Below are positions 1 through 8,455 of a stretch of DNA of 32,000 bases, one piece after another. How positions within the stretch are numbered: the stretch's first letter is position 1; every line of letters begins with the position of its first letter. This DNA comes from Vibrio cholerae ATCC 14035 (lineage in GTDB: Bacteria > Pseudomonadota > Gammaproteobacteria > Enterobacterales > Vibrionaceae). The stretch spans positions 60,001 to 92,000 of the forward strand of contig NZ_JHXR01000002.1 in NCBI RefSeq assembly GCF_000621645.1, written 5' to 3'. The notes below the pieces were generated by a model that was not told where the DNA came from, searched no databases, and worked only from the letters and a program-made list of their open reading frames with translations. The position numbers and the translations under genes are program-made.

Positions 1-3000
1 AGTGAAACTCACTGCTGCTCTTCCAAGTCGCAATATCCGCTACGCTTTCAATCTCGATGCGCATGTTGCCGTTGGTGAAATGATCACGCACACCATTGTG
101 CAAAATTTCCACACTCACTGAGGCATTCATGCCTCCATTGCCTGTCGAGTAGTGACGATCCGGCACAAAGTAGAGGTTTTCGACCGTGGCAATAGTGCCA
201 TTGATCGATTGTTGCAACAGTGCGGCAGGCAGCACAACATGTCCGCTTGCCGGATCGACATCCAGTTTCACTAGCTGGTTGGCGCTATCCAAATAATAGA
301 AATCGCCACGGATCTGGTTTGGATTCCAAATCGAGACTTCACCTAAGCTTTCCCCTTGGTCTACATCATACAGGTTGACCTGCAAGGCGAGTTTCAGTGC
401 TTCAACCGGTAATCCACCCAAGTTATCTTGCGCATTGCTTTGCTCACCCGCAGGCACCAAGTTCAGCGCCGCATCGTGGCCTTGGTCTTCATAGCCCGTA
501 AATTTCTGCTGAGTAATGGTCGCTTTGTGATCGGAAATCGTAATGTTGAGCTGTTCCGTCGAGGTATCGTGATCGTAATCGGTCGCCGTCACATCCACCG
601 TAAATTTGATGTCGTTTCCATCAGTGTGATCCAACTGTGTAACTGGAGTGAAAGTGGCCGTTCCGTTAGGTTGAATGGTTAACGTACCAAGATCGCGGCT
701 CACACCATTAACGATTTCCACCACAGTGACGGTTTTCGCGGCGCCATTGAGCTCAATATCATTACTCAGCACACTGCCTTCACGGAACTGGATATCACGC
801 CCCGCTTCGTCTACTGCACTAAAGTGAGTAATCACTCCGCGATCTGCACCTTGTGTATCTGGGCTTAAGTTATTGTCACGCGAGAATAGATTCACCGACG
901 ATGCCACTGAGCCCTCTTGCAGCGCGATATTTTTATCATGCAGGATCGGTACATCATCGACGATAGTGACAGGCAAGGTGATCGGTGAGGTATCGCCGTC
1001 CGCATCTTGCGCCAGTACTGGAATATTCAGCGTTAGCTCATTGGCATTGAGCGGATGATCCACCGCGCCATTTAAAGTAAAGCTGTAGCTGCCATCGGCT
1101 CTTAGCACTAGGGTGAAGATCACCACACCATTGGCGATACCTTGATAGGTATAGACTTGACCACTACTGGTTGTAGTTATGCTAGGCGCGCCCCATACCA
1201 CAGGCTGACCTTGTGAAGTGAGCCCAGTATCGCTACTTGTGCTGGTATCAATCTGATAATGGGCAATGCCATCTGCACCTTGGGTGGTTGTAAATTGACC
1301 ATTGGCGGTGGTTGATTCTTTGCTTTGATCTGTACCAGTGGCTAAATCATCTTCGTTGACCGACAAGGCTTGCGCACTGATCACCGATGGTTGGTCATCT
1401 AATACTGTGACTGGCAGCACTATGCTCGCCGTATCGCCATCAAAGTCGGTGGCAATCACTTTGAAATTCAGTGTCAAGCTATCGCTATTCAGCGCATGCT
1501 CAACCGGTGCCGCCAGCGTAAAACTGTAAGTTCCATCGCTATTTAGGGTCAAGGTAAAGACGGTAACTGAGCCTGCCATCGCTGTGTAAGTCAGGTTGCC
1601 ATTACCATCATCGACAGGCGCTGACAGCGTCACCGCCACGCCATTGGATGTCAGCCCTTGTACTGGATTGACGCTGCTATCGAGCGCAAAACTCGCGACC
1701 GTATCTGCCCCTTGCACCAACTGGAATTGACCATTAACGGTCACGGGCTCTTTGTCGGTGTCCGAGCATTGTGGCAAGTCGTTTTCGTGTACGTACAAGC
1801 CCTGCACATTGGTGAAGTAAGGCTTGTCGTCATTGATTTTGACGGGCAACACGATGCTGTCGCTATCACCATCAAAATCGGTGGCAATCACTTGGAAATT
1901 GAGCGTTAAATCGTTGCTATTGAGCGCATGGTCAACCGGCGCTGCCAGCGTAAAGCTGTAGGTGCCATCGGTATTCAGGGTCAAGGTAAAGACGGTGACT
2001 GCGCCCGCCATCGCGGTGTAAGTGAGATTTCCATGACCATCATCGACAGGCGCTGACAGCGTCACCGCCACGCCATTCGACGTCAGGCCTTGCACAGGAT
2101 TGACGCTGCTATCGAGCGTGAAGCTCGCTACGCGATCCGAGCCCTGCACTAATTCAAACTGACCACTCGCGGTGAGTGGTTCTTTCGTCACATCAGAACC
2201 TTGCGGCAGATCGTTTTCATGAACGTTCAAACTGGTGACATTGGTGAAATAGGGTTTGTCATCCTTCACTGTCACTGGCAAGGTTATGCTTGCTGTATCA
2301 CCATCAAAATCAGTTGCGACTACGGTGAAATTGACCAACAACTCATCGCTGTTGAGCGCGTGATCGAGTGAGCCTTGTAAGGTAAAGCGGTAGCTCCCAT
2401 CTTGGTTGAGCAGCAGAGTGAATACTGGCTCACCGCCAGCCGTCGCGGTATAGGTGTAATTGCCGTTAGCATCAACCGATTCGCTCAATGTCACCGCGAC
2501 ACCACCTGACGTAATACCTGCTACGGAATCCGTTAGGCTGTCTAAACGATAAGACACCACACCATCTGAGCCTTGAGTGGTAGTAAAATTGCCATCGGCC
2601 ACCAAACTCGCGCCACCACCGATCGAGCCTGTATCTAAGGTTTGTTTTGCGACGGTAAGCTGCTCGGCTCCGATAATGATCGGTTTATCATCTTGAATTT
2701 CGATATTCAAATTACCCGGTGCTGAGCTGTCGTTATCGTAATCTATCGCGACAATTGGCAAGCTAATGGTCAATGCATCACTGCCGGCAGCATGATCCAG
2801 AGTGCCTTGTAATACGAACTGGTAACTGCCGTCGGCATTGAGCGTCAGTTGGAAAATATCACGGCCGCCCGCGGTAGCTTGATAAACGCGGTTGCCATCA
2901 ATCAGAGTTGGCTCACCTAATATGACCGCGTCACCTTGTGAAGTCAGCCCAGCGATAGGATTAGCAGTGCTGGGATCAATTTGATAAGACGCAACCTGAT

Positions 3001-4138
3001 CGGAACCTAACTGAGTATCAAACTGGCCAGACACAGTCAGTGGATCCGCGCCATCCGATCCCGCGGGTAGATCATTTTCATTCAAGCTGAGGGTCGGTTC
3101 ATCGACCATCACCGGCGCACTACCATCATTGATGGCCACAACCACATCAATCGGAGCTTGGATCACGTTGCCGTTACTGTCGGTTCCCGTCAGTTGGAGT
3201 GCAATTGAAATTTGATCACCACTGATAGAGACCAAACCGCCCCCCACCGAAGGCAAGTGGTCAATCGGCTGGCTGAGAGTGGTTGTGATGGTGAGATTAA
3301 CATCTCGGCCTATCGATTCCGCGCTAATCGCGATACTCAATACCGTGCTACCGTTTTGCTCACCAATAATGCTATTGGTCGCGGCATCATAACGGAAAAC
3401 TACAGGTTGCCCGGAAGAGGTAATGTCTTGGTTGAGCTCGGCAAGCAGCGAGGTTAAAAAAGCCGCTTCAGGCACAAAAGAGGCTGGCAGCAGCGCGAGG
3501 CTACCTGCCGTAATTAAGCTGGTCACCGTAGACGTTTGCGGATAAGTGCCAAGTGACAGCGACCCTTCGGTGACTTGCGTGCTCAGGCTTTCACCACCCG
3601 CGGCAAAACGCAGTGGGTTAACCAAAGTTTGAGTTGTCGAAAACGTTTGGTTGTAGCCTTGAGTATCAAAGGCGGTACTGGCAAGCACTTCTAAGAAGTT
3701 ATAGTCAATGGTAATTGCACCACCGTTAGCCGAGCCACCCGCACCAGCGCCTGCCGCGGCGGCTTCTAATGCGGTGGTTGGGTCGACACCGTCTAAAATC
3801 GCCTGCTGAATCGCCGCGATAGCTTGCTCATCAAAATTCGCCGTATCCAATTGCGCTAAATCAAGGTTGATTTGACCTTGAACGGGTGCAGCTTGCACTT
3901 CCGGCTGTCCATCTGCTGAGAACTCTGGCAAACACGCCACGCAGTTCTCATCAATCTGCACACCACCTTGTGTTGTTTGCAGTTCGATCGCAGATTGATT
4001 GACCGTAATGATAATTTCATCTGGTTGCAGAACATCCCCTGCATTCACAATCCGCGCTTGGCCCTGCGCATTAACAACAACCACATTGCCAGACAAACTT
4101 GTGACTGTTACAGGTTGAGTGACGACTTGAGACTGCAT
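1..4138 (-). CDS. craA: Giant LapA-like T1SS repeat adhesin, N-terminal 1379 codons (gene continues beyond the left window edge)
   Basis: The minus frame is open from the ATG at 4138-4136 (GGGGG 4 nt upstream) down to position 2, and the ORF track shows only short plus-strand shadow ORFs here. My translation starts MQSQVVTQPVTVTSLSGNVVVVNAQGQARIVNAGDVLQPDEIIIT, the type of N-terminal retention module seen in LapA-like adhesins. A poly-Ala-Gly motif follows, then at least 6 tandem units of about 144 aa, each ending in DFDGD / DYDND / DADGD acidic motifs (size and pattern of the Vibrio T1SS-143 repeat). The symbol is assigned from architecture plus synteny with hapA, ompW and volA (recalled as VCA0849), not from an alignment. 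Confidence 0.85.
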   Translation of the reverse strand, partial: MQSQVVTQPVTVTSLSGNVVVVNAQGQARIVNAGDVLQPDEIIITVNQSAIELQTTQGGVQIDENCVACLPEFSADGQPEVQAAPVQGQINLDLAQLDTANFDEQAIAAIQQAILDGVDPTTALEAAAAGAGAGGSANGGAITIDYNFLEVLASTAFDTQGYNQTFSTTQTLVNPLRFAAGGESLSTQVTEGSLSLGTYPQTSTVTSLITAGSLALLPASFVPEAAFLTSLLAELNQDITSSGQPVVFRYDAATNSIIGEQNGSTVLSIAISAESIGRDVNLTITTTLSQPIDHLPSVGGGLVSISGDQISIALQLTGTDSNGNVIQAPIDVVVAINDGSAPVMVDEPTLSLNENDLPAGSDGADPLTVSGQFDTQLGSDQVASYQIDPSTANPIAGLTSQGDAVILGEPTLIDGNRVYQATAGGRDIFQLTLNADGSYQFVLQGTLDHAAGSDALTISLPIVAIDYDNDSSAPGNLNIEIQDDKPIIIGAEQLTVAKQTLDTGSIGGGASLVADGNFTTTQGSDGVVSYRLDSLTDSVAGITSGGVAVTLSESVDANGNYTYTATAGGEPVFTLLLNQDGSYRFTLQGSLDHALNSDELLVNFTVVATDFDGDTASITLPVTVKDDKPYFTNVTSLNVHENDLPQGSDVTKEPLTASGQFELVQGSDRVASFTLDSSVNPVQGLTSNGVAVTLSAPVDDGHGNLTYTAMAGAVTVFTLTLNTDGTYSFTLAAPVDHALNSNDLTLNFQVIATDFDGDSDSIVLPVKINDDKPYFTNVQGLYVHENDLPQCSDTDKEPVTVNGQFQLVQGADTVASFALDSSVNPVQGLTSNGVAVTLSAPVDDGNGNLTYTAMAGSVTVFTLTLNSDGTYSFTLAAPVEHALNSDSLTLNFKVIATDFDGDTASIVLPVTVLDDQPSVISAQALSVNEDDLATGTDQSKESTTANGQFTTTQGADGIAHYQIDTSTSSDTGLTSQGQPVVWGAPSITTTSSGQVYTYQGIANGVVIFTLVLRADGSYSFTLNGAVDHPLNANELTLNIPVLAQDADGDTSPITLPVTIVDDVPILHDKNIALQEGSVASSVNLFSRDNNLSPDTQGADRGVITHFSAVDEAGRDIQFREGSVLSNDIELNGAAKTVTVVEIVNGVSRDLGTLTIQPNGTATFTPVTQLDHTDGNDIKFTVDVTATDYDHDTSTEQLNITISDHKATITQQKFTGYEDQGHDAALNLVPAGEQSNAQDNLGGLPVEALKLALQVNLYDVDQGESLGEVSIWNPNQIRGDFYYLDSANQLVKLDVDPASGHVVLPAALLQQSINGTIATVENLYFVPDRHYSTGNGGMNASVSVEILHNGVRDHFTNGNMRIEIESVADIATWKSSSEFH
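530..3130 (-). repeat. In-frame tandem coding repeats, 432-441 bp (144-147 aa) per unit: 5 clear units plus 1 divergent unit
   Basis: Equivalent positions of the conserved ...D/E-H-A/P-L-N... codons fall at 1056, 1497, 1929, 2361 and 2793, giving spacings of 441, 432, 432 and 432 bp. The 42 nt at 1604-1645 are identical to 2036-2077, exactly 432 bp apart. The leftmost unit (about 530-960) is recognisable only at protein level (TQLDHTDGNDIKFTVDVTATDYDHDT). Confidence 0.9.
3749..3763 (-). other. Candidate LapG-type periplasmic protease processing motif (residues 126-130, A-A-A-A-G)
   Basis: Codons GCC GCC GCG GCA GGC occur within ...DPTTALEAAAAGAGAGGS..., just after the N-terminal retention module. 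This matches the (T/A/P)-A-A-G type di-alanine site known for LapA-family adhesins. The assignment rests on position and motif only. Confidence 0.4.
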
Positions 4139-4437
4139 ACTGCCCCCATTTCTCGCGGTAAATAATTGGTAATAAATTGGCCCCTTTCAATTTGAAACTG
4201 CAGCCGTGTTGCTCACAGCAATACCAATAAGAAGGGGATATTTTTATTTGGAATCGTGATTATGATTTTGTAACTAAACTTCCTGCTTAAGTTATAAGCG
4301 ATGCATAACTAAATAACTACTAACAAGAAAGCTAAATAGCGAAAGTCTCAATTGTGAAATGGCTCGCAAGTACTCTTGCGAATTAATTGTTAGACAGTAG
4401 GAGAGTGGAGAGAAAAATAGGCAGGCGTGCTATCGGT

Positions 4438-5223
4438 TTAACTGACTTTGAATAGGTGCTGCAGTGCTCGACTCACGGGTAGCTGAAGTCTATCAATATG
4501 CACCCACATTTTGCCGCCAAAATCACGGGTAACTTTATCGATTTTTCCGACATTGACCACGATAGAACGGTGAATTTGCCAAAACTGGTTGGGATCGAGC
4601 TGCGCAAGCAGCTCTTTCAAAGAAGAACGCAACAAATACTCATGCGTTGTCGCGCCATGCACTTTGTACAAAGAGAGGTACTTATCCTCCGCTTTCACGT
4701 AGAGCAACTCATTTACGGCAATAAGATGGATCTCCTCACCTTTACTGGCTTTTAACCAGACCTGGTATTGAGGTTTAACAGTGCGAGTAAGTTGCTCAAA
4801 TTGGCTCATCAACTGTGCCAAATCATTGCTTGGAGCCACGTTACGCCGCAATTGTTGCTGCAATTTTTCGCAGCAACTCGCTAGTCGAGAAGACGAAAGT
4901 GGCTTCAGCAAATAGTCGATAGCATGTGTTTCAAAGGCACTGACTGCGTACTCATCATACGCGGTGATGAAAACCACTAACGGGACTTTAGGCTGTTGAA
5001 GTAGACGCCGAGCCACTTCGATGCCATCCATTTTAGGCATCCGAATGTCTAAAAAAACCACATCAGGCTGATGCTGTTCAATTGCCTGCAAAGCGATTTG
5101 ACCATTTTCCGCACTGGCCACGATCTCAAGCGCTGGCCACAACTCAGCCAAGAGCTTATTGAGATGATGACGCAGTAAAGGTTCATCATCCGCAAGAACC
5201 GCAGTGTAGGTCTGGTTCATCAT
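4438..5223 (-). CDS. LytTR-family response regulator (receiver domain plus LytTR DNA-binding domain)
   Basis: 261-aa ORF. The N-terminus is receiver-like (LADDEPLL, VVFLDIRMPKMDG, LVVFITAYDEY). The C-terminal roughly 100 aa follow the LytTR pattern (IHLIAVNELLYVKAEDKYLSLY...HRSIVVNVGKI). AAGAGG lies upstream of the ATGATG start. Confidence 0.9.
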   Translation of the reverse strand: MMNQTYTAVLADDEPLLRHHLNKLLAELWPALEIVASAENGQIALQAIEQHQPDVVFLDIRMPKMDGIEVARRLLQQPKVPLVVFITAYDEYAVSAFETHAIDYLLKPLSSSRLASCCEKLQQQLRRNVAPSNDLAQLMSQFEQLTRTVKPQYQVWLKASKGEEIHLIAVNELLYVKAEDKYLSLYKVHGATTHEYLLRSSLKELLAQLDPNQFWQIHRSIVVNVGKIDKVTRDFGGKMWVHIDRLQLPVSRALQHLFKVS

Positions 5224-5382
5224 TAGAGCCTCTTCTTACTTTTTGTATACCCAAGCTACTTGACGTTGCAGGTAAACGCCGAGTGAAAAATTTATCTGGA
5301 ACAGATTGGCATCGCCGTAGACCGACCTTTGTTGCTTAGCCAAGGATACCCTCATTCCTCTTATTATGCGCATAGACAAACT

Positions 5383-6462
5383 CTACGATTGAGGTGAACG
5401 AGCCTGCGAGTAATCATAAAAAGAACGCTGCAATCCCTGCAAATGGTGCAAACGGATGCGAATCGTGGCCGTAACGCCGCCAGAGCAATTTTGCGCCACG
5501 GTCAGTAAACCTTCATGCCCAAAGAGCCCAGACAGACGGTCGCGAACATTCTGCAAAGCAATACCATTGCCCTTGGGGGTATCACTTAAGCCCATGCCAT
5601 TATCTTCTACCGATAGCTCAAACCAGTCATCAGCCACTTCGATTCTCACCCGAATGGTACCGCCTTCGGCTTTGGGTTCAATACCATGTGACACTGCATT
5701 TTCGACCAAAGGTTGGATCAGCATAGGCGGCATGCCGAGTGTACCCCATTCTGACAACTCGGGCAGAGTGTATTCCAGCCTTTCCCCTAAGCGTATTTTT
5801 TGAATTCCCAGATACGCATCAATCAGTTGCATCTCTTCACGCAAGTCTCCTGTATTGGTTCGTCGCAAGCGCATAGTACCGCGCAGTAACTCAGTGAGTT
5901 TCTCCAACATTAACTGCGCTTTATAGGGTTCTACCGCAATCAAAGCATTAATATTGGCCAAAGTATTGAACAGAAAATGAGGCTCCATCTGACTTTGTAG
6001 CTGCTTGAGTTGACTCAATAACAGCGCTTTTTCTTGCTCCGACTGGCGGCGGCGAGCCGCTTCCAATGCGCCTTGAGCTAGGATTTTTTGTTCGTGAGAA
6101 TAAAAATACAAAAAACAGACCGCGGAAAAAATAAACCCAAGAAAAATAATGGGCTTATAAGCAGAAAACTCATCAAAGCCCGGGTAATGGCGCAGCCATA
6201 GATAGGCGCTGCTGGTACCCAGCACCACCGCACAGCTTAAAGATAAGATATTCACCAAACGCTTTGATAGTTCCGGCCAGCGCCGTGCAATCCATTGCGC
6301 GGAAAAAAAGGCGCTGTAGCCATAACTAAAGCTGATGGCGAGATGCTCTCCAAATAGCCCACCCCAAATTGACATCGTCGCGAGAGCGATCACGATGCAA
6401 AACAGTGTGGTAAAACCAAAACTTTTCAAATCTTGTGCTGAAATATCAAAGCGTTCCATCAT
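5383..6462 (-). CDS. Membrane-embedded LytS/YehU-type sensor histidine kinase (no obvious extracytoplasmic sensor domain)
   Basis: 359-aa ORF. The first roughly 130 aa contain four hydrophobic segments joined by short loops. The H-box is MEPHFLFNTLANINALI (His_kinase/LytS type), the N-box is LVENAVSHG, and the G-boxes are VEDNGMG and GNGIALQNV. The start ATGATG directly abuts the TAG stop of the upstream gene. Confidence 0.9.
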   Translation of the reverse strand: MMERFDISAQDLKSFGFTTLFCIVIALATMSIWGGLFGEHLAISFSYGYSAFFSAQWIARRWPELSKRLVNILSLSCAVVLGTSSAYLWLRHYPGFDEFSAYKPIIFLGFIFSAVCFLYFYSHEQKILAQGALEAARRRQSEQEKALLLSQLKQLQSQMEPHFLFNTLANINALIAVEPYKAQLMLEKLTELLRGTMRLRRTNTGDLREEMQLIDAYLGIQKIRLGERLEYTLPELSEWGTLGMPPMLIQPLVENAVSHGIEPKAEGGTIRVRIEVADDWFELSVEDNGMGLSDTPKGNGIALQNVRDRLSGLFGHEGLLTVAQNCSGGVTATIRIRLHHLQGLQRSFYDYSQARSPQS

Positions 6463-7707
6463 CTAGAATTTTCCTTTTAGATTGAACAAAACCCTAACGC
6501 TATCGGGTAAGTTGACGTACGCCGAATCCGTTTCGCCACCAAAGAAACGCGCGGCCAGTTCCAGTTCCAAAGAGGCAGAGCCCGTGTCGTAAGCTTGCCA
6601 ATTGATCCATTGAGTAATCATCCAACCGCCCTCTTCCGGAGACCACAAAACATCAAGAGTTGGCGTGAGGTTATCCATACCAAACCGTTGACCATTACCG
6701 CTATCCCATGTCCAATGCAGCATAAAATTGTGCGCCACCAGGTTAGTGGCTTGATAGCCTTGTGCATACGCAAAAGCCATTGGTGACCGGCCCTGTTGAT
6801 GCAGCAAAGTCGCATCAGCCAATATTTGCTGCCATTCATCAGCATTCCAACTGCGTCCGTCGTACCAGTATTCGGCAATGACGTTGTGCCCCTCTGGGTT
6901 TGCCCAGTTTATGCCAAACAAAAACTGCGCCGCATTTTCTTGTTTAACCAATTCGATCGGCTGCTCAGTTTGTCTTTGGTATTGCCAATATTCTCGTTGA
7001 TATAGCCAAGAGCTGTGCACGCCCCATGTGCTATTGAGTACAGAAACCCACGAGCCGCCCACTAAACCACGCCGGACATTGTCGTAATAAACGATGCCTT
7101 GGATTTCACTCTCCCCTATTAAGCGATAGTGGCGTAATCCAATGCCTTGTTGTTCATTTTGAGTCACTAACTGCGCTTCGCTCGAACGCCCCCAAGCACT
7201 ATCCGTGGCGATCAAAGTCCATTCACCTAACTCTTGATAGGAGGAGAGCGCGAGCACACCAGCCCCCTCTTCCACTTGAATACCTAATGGATTGCGCCGA
7301 TAGGGTAAAAAAAGATCCAGCGGCCGATAACCATAGCCCACTCCCCAATCGAGACGAATTTTTCCGGCGGTAATATCTAGTGTTTGTCCAGCAAGCGTGC
7401 TTTCCCCTTGCCAAAACAGTTCACTGAGTGTCAGCCTCGTTTCTTTTGCCTGCTCATCACTTCGATAGAGTGCGCGGCTAGTGAGCGCAAAACTCGCCGT
7501 CCAACCTTGCCAGCGAGACTGTAAATCGAGCCCGATATCCACTTGCTGCTGTTCATCATCTTGAGCAGCAGCCCACACCAAGGAGTCATTGCGTTGAGCA
7601 TGCGAAGCGCTCACCATCCAATCCCAGTCTAACTTGAGCGGCTCTTGTGTCCATGCAGGAGGACAACTCAGTAGCCCAATAATTCCTAACGCCTGAGCAC
7701 ACCTCAT
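6463..7707 (-). CDS. Predicted outer-membrane beta-barrel protein, family not recognised
   Basis: 414-aa ORF. It has an N-terminal signal sequence (MRCAQALGIIGLLSCPPAWTQEP, with a possible lipobox LLSC) and a sequence rich in Trp, Tyr and Gly with alternating hydrophobic pattern. The C-terminus VRVLFNLKGKF ends in Phe with hydrophobic residues at alternate positions, as in the BAM beta-signal. GGAG lies 9 nt upstream of the ATG. Confidence 0.65.
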   Translation of the reverse strand: MRCAQALGIIGLLSCPPAWTQEPLKLDWDWMVSASHAQRNDSLVWAAAQDDEQQQVDIGLDLQSRWQGWTASFALTSRALYRSDEQAKETRLTLSELFWQGESTLAGQTLDITAGKIRLDWGVGYGYRPLDLFLPYRRNPLGIQVEEGAGVLALSSYQELGEWTLIATDSAWGRSSEAQLVTQNEQQGIGLRHYRLIGESEIQGIVYYDNVRRGLVGGSWVSVLNSTWGVHSSWLYQREYWQYQRQTEQPIELVKQENAAQFLFGINWANPEGHNVIAEYWYDGRSWNADEWQQILADATLLHQQGRSPMAFAYAQGYQATNLVAHNFMLHWTWDSGNGQRFGMDNLTPTLDVLWSPEEGGWMITQWINWQAYDTGSASLELELAARFFGGETDSAYVNLPDSVRVLFNLKGKF

Positions 7708-7711
7708 AGCA

Positions 7712-8455
7712 TTACTCCAAGGCCGTATTTTGAATCAAATACGCCGGGTTGTAGAACTTATCCTCCAAACGTTTCGGCTGTACGGATTGATATTCGATCA
7801 CGGTTCGTCGCAAGGGTTGAATTTTATCCAGCAACGTCATCTCAACCACTCGATCACCTTGCACGGTAAACCACGCCACCTTGGCCAGTTTACCGGAATG
7901 CAGATAAAGTTCGGCTTTGATTGGTGAAGCATCCGCACGATTAAGCCACAAGGTGATCGCTTGATAGCTGGCCCCTGCGGTTTTCGCTTTGAGCGCCAAG
8001 CGGTACGTTTCAACGCTGGATTGATCTTCACGTTGCACCGAGTCTTCTCCCTCTAAACTCGCTTGATAATCATCACTCCAAGTCAGTGTTGAAATATCAC
8101 CGACTGAAGCTTCACCGAGCAGTTTTTGCATCGGTGTAATACGGATTGGGCGGCGACTTTTCGGCATCAGTAACCAATAGTTATCTCCGAGCATCAACAT
8201 TTTTTGTCCAGCTTCTGTCGCCGATTGAAACAGCACTAGCGATTCGCGATTTTCACGCACATAGACATCATACTGATTGGTTTTTTCCAACTGGCCATCA
8301 TGATAAAGCTGCACCACAGAGACGACTTTCGCTGCCGCTTCTTTAAGCCGGTACTCATCGGCTCGCTGCACCATGCTGCTCACATCCATCTCGACCGCGA
8401 AAGATCGATCCATCACCACAAGCCCTAAAACCACCATAAAAATGAGTTTAAACAT
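7712..8455 (-). CDS. Periplasmic LolA-like protein (outer-membrane lipoprotein-sorting protein family)
   Basis: 247-aa ORF with a signal peptide (MFKLIFMVVLGLVVMDRSFA-VE). The stretch NYWLLMPKSRRPIRITPMQKLLGEASVGDI matches the w-x-y-x-P...r-x-x-r-i......G.....D core that I recall for the LolA_like family. The ATG overlaps the permease stop (ATGTTTAA). Confidence 0.7.
   Translation of the reverse strand: MFKLIFMVVLGLVVMDRSFAVEMDVSSMVQRADEYRLKEAAAKVVSVVQLYHDGQLEKTNQYDVYVRENRESLVLFQSATEAGQKMLMLGDNYWLLMPKSRRPIRITPMQKLLGEASVGDISTLTWSDDYQASLEGEDSVQREDQSSVETYRLALKAKTAGASYQAITLWLNRADASPIKAELYLHSGKLAKVAWFTVQGDRVVEMTLLDKIQPLRRTVIEYQSVQPKRLEDKFYNPAYLIQNTALE

Noticed and set aside
530-3130. Regularly spaced repeats that might at first glance suggest a CRISPR-like or satellite array
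   Set aside because: The period is 432-441 bp, always a multiple of 3, and lies entirely inside one reading frame. The units translate to homologous protein domains of 144-147 aa, and there is no short repeat-spacer structure.
428-4165. Eight plus-strand ORFs of 61-84 aa (428-682, 873-1058, 1338-1529, 1658-1909, 3212-3457, 3968-4165 and others), plus the minus-strand ORF at 3856-4044
   Set aside because: All of them lie inside the long open minus-strand adhesin frame. They are shadow or off-frame ORFs of a repetitive, codon-biased gene, and they have no SD and no recognisable domains.
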